From Geotalea uraniireducens Rf4 (GTDB lineage: Bacteria > Desulfobacterota > Desulfuromonadia > Geobacterales > Geobacteraceae), in assembly GCF_000016745.1 (NCBI RefSeq), contig NC_009483.1, forward strand, positions 120,001-152,000: DNA of 32,000 nucleotides. Direction: 5' to 3'. The position numbers were made by a program, and so were the translations under genes. Shown here one piece after another: positions 1 to 7,923 of this stretch. Within the stretch, counting starts at the first letter, position 1. Each line of letters opens with the position of its first letter. A model generated the notes under the pieces. That model ran no database searches. It worked only from the letters and a program-made list of their open reading frames with translations, and was not told the DNA's origin.

Positions 1-635
1 ATGTGGTCGAAGCGCTGCGTGGTGTGGACATAACCATTGAGGCTGGTGAATTCATCACCATCATGGGACAGTCCGGTTCCGGCAAGAGTACCCTGCTGTC
101 CGTACTGGGGGGAATGAACCATCCCACAACGGGAGACGTGGAGATGGCCGGGGTCAAGCTGTATCAACTCCCCGGCGAAAAACTGGCCGACTTCCGGGCG
201 CAAAACCTGGGGTTTGTGTTCCAGTCATTCCACCTGATCCCTTATCTGACCGCCATCGAGAATGTCATGCTGCCGCTGGCCATCGTCAAGACGAGCACAC
301 CGGCAAAAAAGACCGCCGCCCGGCAGGCCCTCGAACGGGTCGGTCTCGGCACCAAGCTGGACCGTCTCCCCAACCAGCTCTCCGGAGGAGAACAGGAACG
401 GGTGGCCATTGCCCGGGCCATCGTCAATAATCCCCACATACTCCTTGCGGACGAACCGACCGGCAACCTGGATTCAAAGACCAGCGAGGAGGTTATGGCG
501 CTCTTCCGTGAACTGAACGACGCCGGCCAAACCGTTGTCATGGTAACGCATAACCCTGAGAACGGAACTTATTCCGATCGAACCATCAGCTTGAAGGACG
601 GCATGGTAATGAATCAGGTGCTTGGCTGCAATTGA
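1..635 (+). CDS. ABC transporter ATP-binding protein (MacB/LolD/FtsE-like); 5' end lies outside the window
   Basis: The frame is open to the window edge. Walker [13 protein letters not shown] signature [14 protein letters not shown], Walker [12 protein letters not shown] and H-loop VTHN are all present. Confidence 0.9.
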   Translation, partial: VVEALRGVDITIEAGEFITIMGQSGSGKSTLLSVLGGMNHPTTGDVEMAGVKLYQLPGEKLADFRAQNLGFVFQSFHLIPYLTAIENVMLPLAIVKTSTPAKKTAARQALERVGLGTKLDRLPNQLSGGEQERVAIARAIVNNPHILLADEPTGNLDSKTSEEVMALFRELNDAGQTVVMVTHNPENGTYSDRTISLKDGMVMNQVLGCN

Positions 636-704
636 ACAGTAGAGTGGTAAGCGTTATTGATTGGATGGAATTGTCGTCATTGGTGAGGGGTATGTAAAAA
701 TCGC

Positions 705-1823
705 ATGGAAAAATCATCAATAGTCCGGCCACTTATTCTAATATCCTTCATTATTGGTATCAGCTTACTGCACTATTTGACGCCGCTTCATCTCCCCTAT
801 CTGCATGCCATCTTCCAACGTTTCTACTATCTGCCGATCATCCTGGCTGCTCTCTGGTATGGCTTTCGTGGCGGATTGCTCTGCTCGCTCATCGTCAGTG
901 TCGCCTATGCCCCCCATCTGCTTTTTCAGTGGGGTGGATGCCTGACCATGGAGATGGAAAAATACCTGGAGATCTTACTTTACAATACGGTCGGCGGAGT
1001 GACCGGCCTGCTGTCGCAACGGGAGCGGGAGCGGACGGTAGAACTCCAGAGAACCGCCCGGGGTCTTGAGGAGTCCTACCAGAAACTGCAATATCAATCG
1101 GAGCGGATCATCGTCATTGAAGAGCAATTGCGTCGCGCGGAGAAGTTGTCCACCCTGGGAGAGATGGCGGCGGTTTTGGCTCACGAGATCCGCAATCCAC
1201 TCGGTTCCATACGAGGAACTGCCGAAATCCTGAAGGACGATTACAATCCGGGGGATCCCAAGCATGAGTTCATCGAGATCCAGATCAAGGAGACGGAACG
1301 GCTTAATCGGGTTGTTGAGGATTTTCTTCACATGGCGCGGCCGCAACCTGCTGACCTGCGGCCATGCCCGGTCCAGGATGAACTGGAAACAATAGTGACC
1401 CTGGTAGCGAACGATGCCCGGGATCGGCAGATCAAACTCGTGTTGCAACCGCCACCTTTCCCGGTGATCATCCGCGCCGATGGCGAGAAGCTTCGCCAGG
1501 CCTTTCTGAACATCATCATCAACGCCTTGCAGGCCACGCCGCCAAGTGGCAGCGTAATAATCTCCACAACGATTTATCAGGCAGCATTATGTGAGATCCG
1601 TTTCCGTGATAGCGGTCCAGGGATTGATGCAGAGACGCTGGGGCGGATATTCGAGCCCTTTTTTACCACCAAGCCGGACGGAACCGGACTGGGACTGGCG
1701 ATCACCAGAAAAATTATCGAGAGTCATGGCGGCACGATGATGGTCGAGAGTGAGTCAGGGCACGGCACAACCGTTACGGTCAGATTGCCGATGCAGGATG
1801 AAGCTGGCGGAGGAGCACTTTGA
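705..1823 (+). CDS. Sensor histidine kinase with a membrane-embedded N-terminal domain
   Basis: The first ~100 aa are hydrophobic (about 4 TM segments) with no sizeable periplasmic loop. H-box LAHEIRNPLGSI is present, as are the ATPase boxes NALQAT, RDSGPGI and GTGLGLAI. Confidence 0.9.
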   Translation: MEKSSIVRPLILISFIIGISLLHYLTPLHLPYLHAIFQRFYYLPIILAALWYGFRGGLLCSLIVSVAYAPHLLFQWGGCLTMEMEKYLEILLYNTVGGVTGLLSQRERERTVELQRTARGLEESYQKLQYQSERIIVIEEQLRRAEKLSTLGEMAAVLAHEIRNPLGSIRGTAEILKDDYNPGDPKHEFIEIQIKETERLNRVVEDFLHMARPQPADLRPCPVQDELETIVTLVANDARDRQIKLVLQPPPFPVIIRADGEKLRQAFLNIIINALQATPPSGSVIISTTIYQAALCEIRFRDSGPGIDAETLGRIFEPFFTTKPDGTGLGLAITRKIIESHGGTMMVESESGHGTTVTVRLPMQDEAGGGAL

Positions 1824-3178
1824 AAGCGAAGATACTTGTAATTGACGATGATAGCTCGTTGCGGCGTGTGTTGGAATACAATCTCCAGGAGGAAGGCTAC
1901 GAGGTCCAGGCAGCCTCATCGGGTGAGGAAGGCTTGTATCTGTTCGGACAGTCCCGACCCAGCCTGGTCATCACCGACATGAAAATGTCCGGCATGGATG
2001 GACTCATGGTGCTCAAGTCCGTCAAGGAGCGTTCACCGGAGACACTGGTGATCATCATAACCGCCTTCGGGACCGTTGATGTCGCGGTGGAGGCCATGAA
2101 GGCCGGAGCCTACGACTATATCACCAAACCGTTCAACAGGGATGCGCTCAAGCTGACGGTTAGAAAGGCGCTCCAATTCACTGGGCTTGCCGAAGAGAAC
2201 AAACGATTGAAGGGTGAATTGTCGGACAGGGCCGATTTCCGCACCATCGTCGGTTCATCCAGAGAAATGGAGAAGGTCTTTGAGGTGGTCCGCAAGGTGG
2301 CCGATACCGAGGCCGCAGTCCTGATCACCGGCGAGTCAGGCACGGGCAAAGAGCTTGTCGCCCGTTCCATACATGCCAACAGCTCCCGCAGAGAGGCGCC
2401 ATTTGTCGCCATAAACTGCGCCGCCATCCCCCGTGACCTACTGGAGAGCGAGCTTTTTGGCCATACCAAAGGGGCGTTTACCGGGGCGGTCAGGGACAAG
2501 ACCGGGAAGTTTCAGGTTGCCGATGGAGGAACGCTGTTCCTGGATGAGGTCGGCGAACTTCCGCTGGAATTGCAGCCGAAGCTGCTCAGGGCGCTGCAGG
2601 AAAAGGAAGTGGAGCCTGTAGGAGGCACGAAACCGCAAAAGCTTGATGTCCGCGTCGTATCCGCCACCAATCTGAATGTCGACAAGGCGATAGCTGACGG
2701 CACATTCCGCGAAGACCTCTATTACCGGCTGTCGGTTATTCCGCTTCACTTGCCGCCGCTCCGCGAGCGACGCAAGGATATCCCGCTTCTTATCAGATAT
2801 TTCTGCTCCAAGCACGGCAGCGACAAGATAACCTTTGACAAGGATGCCCTTGAAACCCTGATCATGTATCCTTGGCCGGGAAATGTGCGGGAGTTGGAAA
2901 ACACCGTCGAACGTCTGCTCATTATGCGGAACAGCGATGTGATCAGCCGCGACGAGCTGCCGGACAAATTTCTGGAGAACAGTGCTTCCGGGAGTGCGAT
3001 AGTCAAGCTGCCTGACGAAGGATATTCTCTTGAGCAGTTGGAACGGGAGGTTGTCGTTGCGGCTTTGGCGCGCAACTCCTGGAATCAGACCGCTGCTGCC
3101 CGGTTTCTAAGGATTCCCCGCCATACGCTCATCTACCGAATTGAAAAATACGGCATTGCGATGCCGGGCAATAAATGA
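1820..3178 (+). CDS. Sigma-54-dependent response regulator (NtrC/AtoC/ZraR class)
   Basis: Receiver domain (LVIDDD...VITDMKMSGMDG), AAA+ core GESGTGKE, an exact GAFTGA loop, and a C-terminal Fis-type HTH (AAARFLRIPRHTLIYRIEKYGI). The TTG start overlaps the kinase TGA stop (TTGA), which implies translational coupling. Confidence 0.92.
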   Translation: MKAKILVIDDDSSLRRVLEYNLQEEGYEVQAASSGEEGLYLFGQSRPSLVITDMKMSGMDGLMVLKSVKERSPETLVIIITAFGTVDVAVEAMKAGAYDYITKPFNRDALKLTVRKALQFTGLAEENKRLKGELSDRADFRTIVGSSREMEKVFEVVRKVADTEAAVLITGESGTGKELVARSIHANSSRREAPFVAINCAAIPRDLLESELFGHTKGAFTGAVRDKTGKFQVADGGTLFLDEVGELPLELQPKLLRALQEKEVEPVGGTKPQKLDVRVVSATNLNVDKAIADGTFREDLYYRLSVIPLHLPPLRERRKDIPLLIRYFCSKHGSDKITFDKDALETLIMYPWPGNVRELENTVERLLIMRNSDVISRDELPDKFLENSASGSAIVKLPDEGYSLEQLEREVVVAALARNSWNQTAAARFLRIPRHTLIYRIEKYGIAMPGNK

Positions 3179-3346
3179 ATAAAATTAGGTATGATTGATG
3201 ATTTTTACTTTAGCTGTTTGTTGCTTTGACTATGAAAATATTTATGTCCGTTTCAAGCGAAAGGCACAGCCGTTCTGCGCTTCTTCGCCTTTCCAGAAAC
3301 GACGGTCCTCGTCCAGGTCGGTGCGGCCCAGTACGGCATTAATTTC

Positions 3347-3514
3347 TTAGTGGGAATGGCTGCCGTTGGAAGGTCTCGCGTTGTCCTCTGAGGGTTGTTG
3401 CGCCCCGTGGTGGTCTGTCATGTGGTCGCTGTGGTGATCGCCGTGCATCAGTCCCATGCATCCCGACAGGGTAAAGACATTCAGGATCAGCGCCGCGACG
3501 AGAAGCTTTTTCAT
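3347..3514 (-). CDS. Small His-rich lipoprotein, 55 aa, absent from the ORF track (below its size cut-off)
   Basis: My own translation of the minus strand gives MKKLLVAALILNVFTLSGCMGLMHGDHHSDHMTDHHGAQQPSEDNARPSNGSHSH*. An AAGGAGA RBS sits 5 nt upstream of the ATG (plus strand reads cat at 3512-3514). It has a signal peptide with lipobox L-S-G-C, and the 37-residue mature part has 9 His and 3 Met. Confidence 0.6.
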   Translation of the reverse strand: MKKLLVAALILNVFTLSGCMGLMHGDHHSDHMTDHHGAQQPSEDNARPSNGSHSH

Positions 3515-3596
3515 ATTGTCTCCTTTGTTGGCTCGTTGAGTGGTTTTCTTGACGTGAGCTCGTAGTGATAGGGTTTCAGATCAATCTTTCGTGGGG

Positions 3597-3616
3597 AAAA
3601 AAGGCGAATCCCGCCT
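3597..3616 (-). terminator. Weak candidate intrinsic terminator between the two His-rich protein genes
   Basis: The minus strand reads AGGCG-ggatt-CGCCT followed by TTTTT. The stem is only 5 bp. Confidence 0.3.
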
Positions 3617-3751
3617 CCTTGTCAATTCCGAAGGCTGCAAGGATCTTTTCCGTCTCGAAGAAGGTCATATCTATTTTGCAAAGTGCTTTGGAGAATGCAG
3701 AAACCTGTCGAAGCACTTCTTACAGCAAAAATAATAGAGGCTTCAACTCTC

Positions 3752-4279
3752 CTACAACCCGACAATCATCAGCGGCACCATCATGATGAGCATGAGCCCC
3801 GCCCCCCACCATCCCCACTTGCCGCCGCCGAAGTGGTGGGAGAAGAAGCCGTGTTCTTCGTGGCCGTCATGGCCGGCGTCCTTCGCTTCACCGACCGAGG
3901 CCTTGACCTCGTAATGTAGTGTCTCGCCCGGTTTTTGAAGGTCGGCAATGCTTACCGCCAGCTTGTAGTCGCCCGGCTTCTCGAAACTCCATGAATCGAC
4001 GTATTCGTCGTCCAGGAGATCGACCTCCCTCTTGATCGTCGGTTCCGTCACTTCCTTATCATAGATCGCCAAGGTTACCTTCCTGTCCGTGACGGTCTGC
4101 CCGTCCTTTTCCAGTTTGAGGGCAAGATTGACCTTTTTCCCGGCGACAAGTTCATCCGGCGTGAGCTTGATTACCGCTTTCAGGCCGTTTTGCGTAAAGC
4201 TTTGTTCCAGGGCAAAGGCGCTTAAGGGGACGACAAGTAGGGAAAGGGCTGCAAAGAATGGTATCATTTTGTTGATCAT
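3752..4279 (-). CDS. Secreted protein with a C-terminal membrane anchor and a His-rich segment; function unknown
   Basis: The likely start is MINKMIPFFAALSLLVVPLSAFA, preceded by a GGAGG RBS (plus strand cctcc at 4286-4290); the 243-aa track ORF is an upstream extension. Signal peptide, then a ~110-aa beta-rich domain, then GHDGHEEHGFFSHHFGGGKWGWW, then a TM helix (LMLIMMVPLMIVGL). Confidence 0.75.
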   Translation of the reverse strand: MINKMIPFFAALSLLVVPLSAFALEQSFTQNGLKAVIKLTPDELVAGKKVNLALKLEKDGQTVTDRKVTLAIYDKEVTEPTIKREVDLLDDEYVDSWSFEKPGDYKLAVSIADLQKPGETLHYEVKASVGEAKDAGHDGHEEHGFFSHHFGGGKWGWWGAGLMLIMMVPLMIVGL

Positions 4280-4312
4280 CGTAAACCTCCGGTTCTGGTT
4301 TTTCCAGAATAT

Positions 4313-4328
4313 CAGCAAGGGTCGAGCC
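4313..4328 (-). promoter_or_regulatory. Sigma-54 (-24/-12) promoter for the gene at 3752..4279
   Basis: The minus strand reads TGGCTCG-ACCC-TTGCT, against the consensus TGGCACG-N4-TTGCW. That is one mismatch with correct GG/GC spacing. It lies 34 nt upstream of the ATG. Confidence 0.7.
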
Positions 4329-4414
4329 AACTCGATAACGTACTGAAAATTCGAGACAATATGCTTCATGCTGTTTTTTATTGAAACCCGGAAATGAGAA
4401 AATTCTACAACGGC

Positions 4415-4430
4415 TGAAGAATATCCTTCA
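4415..4430. promoter_or_regulatory. Candidate enhancer (UAS) palindrome
   Basis: TGAAGAATATCCTTCA is 14/16 self-complementary. It lies about 90-100 bp upstream of the -24 element at 4328, a typical distance for bacterial enhancer-binding proteins. Confidence 0.4.
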
Positions 4431-4743
4431 CTTTGCTTTACAATATGAATTGGTGTCATGCGGAATTTCACCGATGGCGCCACGCCTGAATAATTTTTTC
4501 AGCTTTTAGATTCGGGAACAGAACAGAGCCAAAGAGGGTATAAGGCATGGGGAAAGGATTTAGCGCAAAGGGGAAAAGGGTCCGACAGGCTCCTAGTTTT
4601 GTCGATCGCTTTTGTTTTCCTGTTTCATTTCCTGATTCCGACTGAGCCGCATACCTACAGGGCAAGTCGTAGCTTGCTATGGCATGACATGTTGAAAGGA
4701 AGCGGAATTAAGATAGGATTGGAAATGCCGATGAGCCATTTTA

Positions 4744-4758
4744 GGAGAATATTCCACC
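4744..4758. promoter_or_regulatory. Candidate enhancer (UAS) site related to 4415..4430
   Basis: GGAGAATATTCCACC has a palindromic core GAATATTC and shares AGAATAT(C/T)C with the site at 4415. It lies about 80 bp upstream of TGGCACG at 4833. Confidence 0.35.
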
Positions 4759-4832
4759 AGCCCTGTCGGATATTGTCCAGCCTTCGGGCTCTGCCAAGCT
4801 GTAAATGCCGGAATATCAGTCATCCAGGGGCA

Positions 4833-4848
4833 TGGCACGACTCGTGTA
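4833..4848 (+). promoter_or_regulatory. Possible sigma-54 promoter for the cus-like operon (imperfect -12 element)
   Basis: TGGCACG-ACTC-GTGTA: the -24 element is perfect, but -12 reads GTGT instead of TTGC. A sigma-70-like TATAAA (4847-4852) overlaps it, so the promoter type is unresolved. Confidence 0.35.
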
Positions 4849-4888
4849 TAAATGTTTGCCGTAATCAATCAACTGTCCGGGAGACGTC

Positions 4889-6163
4889 ATGATATACCGT
4901 TTCGTCGCTGTTTTAGTTTTTTTTTCTCTACTCTCACTTCGCCCCGTTTGGGCCGATGAGGCGCAACCGCTCGAAGATCTTCCGCGGCTGGTTCAGACCG
5001 CTCTGGCCAACAACCCGGAATTGAAGGCGTCCGACGCCCGCTGGCAGATGTTCAGGAACCGCATCGTCCAGGCGCGGTCGTTCGATGACCCGATGCTCAT
5101 GCTGAAGATCCAGAACGGCATCGTCAAGGACCCGTTCAATTTCGGCAGGGACCCCATGACCCAGAAGGTGATCGGCATCTCCCAGCAGTTCCCCTTCTTC
5201 GGCAAACGGACCTTGAAGGGGGAGGTGGCGGCGAAGGAGGCCGAGTCCTATCGTTGGAGCGTGGATGAGCGGACGCTCGAACTGAAACGGATGGTCAAGG
5301 AATCATACTACCAGATCTACTTCATCGACAAATCGCTGGAGATCATCGACAAGAACATCCGGATCATCGACGACTTCATCACCCTTGCCGAAACCAAGTA
5401 CTCCGTGGGACAGGGGGTGCAGCAGGACGTCTTCAAGTCCCAGCTGGAGCGCTCCCGGATGCTCGACATGCGGATTACCCTGGAGCAGCAGCGCAAGACC
5501 CTGTCGGCCAACCTCAACGCTCTTCTCTATCGGTCCCCCGACGTTTCAGTCGGCAAGATTTCCGATTTCGAGGTGACACCCCTTTCCCTGACCGCCGAGG
5601 AGCTGAGGACCACGGCGTACGAAAACCGTCCCCTCCTCAGGAGCTACAAGGCCCTCATCGAGAAAGGAGAGGCGGGGCACAAGCTGGCCGAGAAAGAGTT
5701 CTACCCCGACTTCAACGTAGCTTTCGAGTACATGCAGCGCGACCGTATCGACGAAATGGAGAGAGGGGACAACATGTACTCCCTCGGGGTGACCTTCAAC
5801 CTGCCGGTGCGGAGAGAACGCAGGCAGGCGGCGTTGGCCGAATCGTCCTCGGAGATCAGTATGGCCACCGAGGAGGCGAACAGTCTCAAGAACAGCATCA
5901 GTTTCGGCATATCCGATCTCATGGCCCAGCTGGAGAAGAGACGAAAGCTGATCGAACTGTACAAGACCGGGCTGTTACCGCAGGCGGCGCAGTCGCTGGA
6001 GTCGGCCACCATCAGCTATCGGGTCAACAAGGTGGACTTCCTGACCCTACTGGACAGTCGTGTGACGCTCTTCAATTACGAGCGGGAGTATTACGATTCG
6101 CTGGCCGACTACCAGATGAAACTGGCGCAGCTTGAAGCGCTGGTGGGGAAGGAAATTCAATAA
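4889..6163 (+). CDS. cusC: Outer membrane efflux protein (TolC family, CusC/CzcC-like)
   Basis: Signal peptide ending VWA-DE. It has the two-repeat OMF architecture and typical OEP motifs (LxxLVxxALxNNPEL). It is the first gene of an OMF-MFP-RND operon. There is no lipobox Cys, so it is closer to CzcC than to E. coli CusC. Confidence 0.8.
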   Translation: MIYRFVAVLVFFSLLSLRPVWADEAQPLEDLPRLVQTALANNPELKASDARWQMFRNRIVQARSFDDPMLMLKIQNGIVKDPFNFGRDPMTQKVIGISQQFPFFGKRTLKGEVAAKEAESYRWSVDERTLELKRMVKESYYQIYFIDKSLEIIDKNIRIIDDFITLAETKYSVGQGVQQDVFKSQLERSRMLDMRITLEQQRKTLSANLNALLYRSPDVSVGKISDFEVTPLSLTAEELRTTAYENRPLLRSYKALIEKGEAGHKLAEKEFYPDFNVAFEYMQRDRIDEMERGDNMYSLGVTFNLPVRRERRQAALAESSSEISMATEEANSLKNSISFGISDLMAQLEKRRKLIELYKTGLLPQAAQSLESATISYRVNKVDFLTLLDSRVTLFNYEREYYDSLADYQMKLAQLEALVGKEIQ

Positions 6164-6250
6164 ATTTTGAGTTTTGAGTTATTTATTTTGAATTACAGTC
6201 AATACCCTGAAGCATTTAACTCAAAATTCATAATTCAAAATTCAAAACTC
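6164..6250. repeat. AT-rich imperfect inverted repeat inside the operon (cusC-cusB spacer)
   Basis: The left arm is built of TTTTGAGTT/TTTTGAATT units (attttgagttttgagttatttattttgaatta). The right arm is their complement (taattcaaaattcaaaactc). Confidence 0.6.
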
Positions 6251-6273
6251 CAAAGAATCGTGAGGTTTTCATT

Positions 6274-7680
6274 ATGAACATATCGAAAAAAGTGCTAATT
6301 CCGCTGATATTGGTTCTTCTTGTTGCGGCAGGGGGAGGCGGCTACTACCTGTGGCATGAGAAAAAGGCCGGAAAGGTGACACAGGAGGCCAAGCGGGGGG
6401 AAGAGGGAAAGGTGCTTTATACCTGTGCCATGCACCCTTTCATCATCAAGGACAAGCCGGGCTCCTGCCCCATCTGCGGCATGACCCTGATCAAGAAGGT
6501 TGAGGGCGCCCAGGCAAGTGCTAAAGAGATGGAAATGCTCGGGCATGTCTCCCTTTCACCGACCCAGATGGTGATGGCCAATGTCGCTTCGGTTGAGGCG
6601 AAGGTAATGCCCCTGAACAAGGAGATCAATGCGGTCGGTATCGTCCAGTACGACCAGGCGCGGCAGGCGAAGGTCACAGCCTGGGTGGCGGGTCGTATCG
6701 ACCGGCTTTTCGTGAACACCGTAGGATCGTATGTATCAAAGGGGAAACCGGTGGCCGAGGTATATTCTCCCGACCTTGTCTCAGCCCAACAGGAGTATCT
6801 CCTGGCCCTGAAGAGCAGGGAGCAACTAAAGAACTCTCCGATCCAGTCCATTGCCCAAGGAGGGGAGGGGCTGGTGGCCTCAGCACGGCAACGGCTAATA
6901 CTTTTGGGGGTGAAGGACGAACAGCTCGCCGGTCTGGAAAAGTCGGGGCAGCCCAACATTCGCCTTTCCATCTACACCCCTCTCTCCGGAATCGTGATCG
7001 AAAAGATCGCCCTGGAAGGGCAGTACGTCAACACGGGTGATCCGCTCTTCAACATTGCCGACCTCTCTTCGGTCTGGGTGGAAGTGGAAGTCTACGAAAA
7101 CGAATTCTCCTTTATCAAGATCGGCCAGGCTGTAGACATCGTCTCCCAATCGTATCCCGGCAAGACGTTCCGGGGGAGAGTGGCGTTCATCTACCCATTC
7201 CTCGACCCGAAGACCAGAACGGTCAAGGTAAGGGTGGAGATCCCGAATCCGGGGCTCAAGCTGAAGCCGGACATGTTCGTGAACGCCTCCGTCAAGGTCC
7301 CGCTGGGGAGCTCCATCGTTGTCCCCGTAACTGCAGTGATGGATACCGGCAACCGCCAGGTGGTATGGGTGGAGATGCAGCCGGGGATGTTCGAGCCGCG
7401 AGACGTAAAAGTCGGCGCCAGGGCAGGAGACAACATGCAGATTCTTTCGGGACTGAAAGCCGGAGAGAAGGTCGCATCAAGCGGCGGTTACCTGATCGAC
7501 TCCGAAGCTCAGCTGAAGGGTGGCGGTGGCGGACATGAAGGAATGCCCGGCATGAAAATGGATGAGAAAGGCGGTCAGAAGCCTGCCGCACCTGTTCAGC
7601 CGGGCCATGAAGGGCATACCCCTGCTGCACCGGCCCCGAAAAAGGGTGGCGGCATGGGCATGGATGATATGAAAATGTGA
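6274..7680 (+). CDS. cusB: RND efflux periplasmic adaptor (CusB-like) with an N-terminal heavy-metal-binding domain and a Met/His/Gly-rich tail
   Basis: TM anchor, then YTCAMHPFIIKDKPGSCPICGMTLIKK (Cys-rich HMBD motif, nt 6418-6498), then the HlyD/MFP barrel-sandwich core. The C-terminus reads GGGGGHEGMPGMKMDEKGG...HEGH...GGGMGMDDMKM. Confidence 0.88.
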   Translation: MNISKKVLIPLILVLLVAAGGGGYYLWHEKKAGKVTQEAKRGEEGKVLYTCAMHPFIIKDKPGSCPICGMTLIKKVEGAQASAKEMEMLGHVSLSPTQMVMANVASVEAKVMPLNKEINAVGIVQYDQARQAKVTAWVAGRIDRLFVNTVGSYVSKGKPVAEVYSPDLVSAQQEYLLALKSREQLKNSPIQSIAQGGEGLVASARQRLILLGVKDEQLAGLEKSGQPNIRLSIYTPLSGIVIEKIALEGQYVNTGDPLFNIADLSSVWVEVEVYENEFSFIKIGQAVDIVSQSYPGKTFRGRVAFIYPFLDPKTRTVKVRVEIPNPGLKLKPDMFVNASVKVPLGSSIVVPVTAVMDTGNRQVVWVEMQPGMFEPRDVKVGARAGDNMQILSGLKAGEKVASSGGYLIDSEAQLKGGGGGHEGMPGMKMDEKGGQKPAAPVQPGHEGHTPAAPAPKKGGGMGMDDMKM

Positions 7681-7685
7681 TCTTT

Positions 7686-7744
7686 GTAGGGGCGGCCCCC
7701 TGTGGCCGCCCAAACCCCAGGCAGGCACAAGGGCCTGCCCCTAC
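7686..7744. repeat. REP-like inverted pair of GTAGGGGC units
   Basis: GTAGGGGCGGCCCCCTGTGGCCGCC ... GGCAGGCACAAGGGCCTGCCCCTAC. The two ~25-nt units are reverse complements of each other, and each contains its own 7-bp hairpin. Confidence 0.75.
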
Positions 7745-7780
7745 AATAAAAAGATAGTAACTATTCAGCACCGTCAAATC

Positions 7781-7864
7781 ATAACTCCCCCTAGCCCCCT
7801 CTTAGCTTAAGAGGGGGAATAAATCCTCCTCCCCTTAAGTTAAGGGGAGGCCGGGAGGGGTTAT
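7781..7864. repeat. Structured ~80-nt repeat, copy A: two hairpins nested in an outer inverted repeat
   Basis: Outer arms are TAACTCCCC...GGGGTTA. Hairpin 1 is CCCCCTCTTA-gc-TAAGAGGGGG (7795-7817). Hairpin 2 is CCTCCCCTTAA-g-TTAAGGGGAGG (7828-7850). It is homologous to 21411..21490. Confidence 0.8.
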
Positions 7865-7923
7865 GAAACCCATGCGAAAGCCTGTGGATGAGCTGCTGAA
7901 TAGTTACAAAGGATATTTATTTT

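Noticed and set aside
3620-3640. Possible second sigma-54 promoter for the small lipoprotein (minus strand CGGAAAAGATCCTTGCA)
   Set aside because: The GG-to-GC spacing is one nucleotide too long and the -24 element is poor.
4555-4600. GCGCAAAGGGGAAAAGGG stretch that superficially recalls c-di-GMP (GEMM) riboswitch cores
   Set aside because: It lacks the GGCAAACC / ACGCAAAGCC paired motifs and the P1/P2 helices. It also lies upstream of both promoters rather than in a leader.
7781-7864. Whether the hairpin repeats could be a CRISPR array
   Set aside because: There are only two dispersed copies about 13.6 kb apart, with no regular repeat-spacer periodicity and no cas genes.
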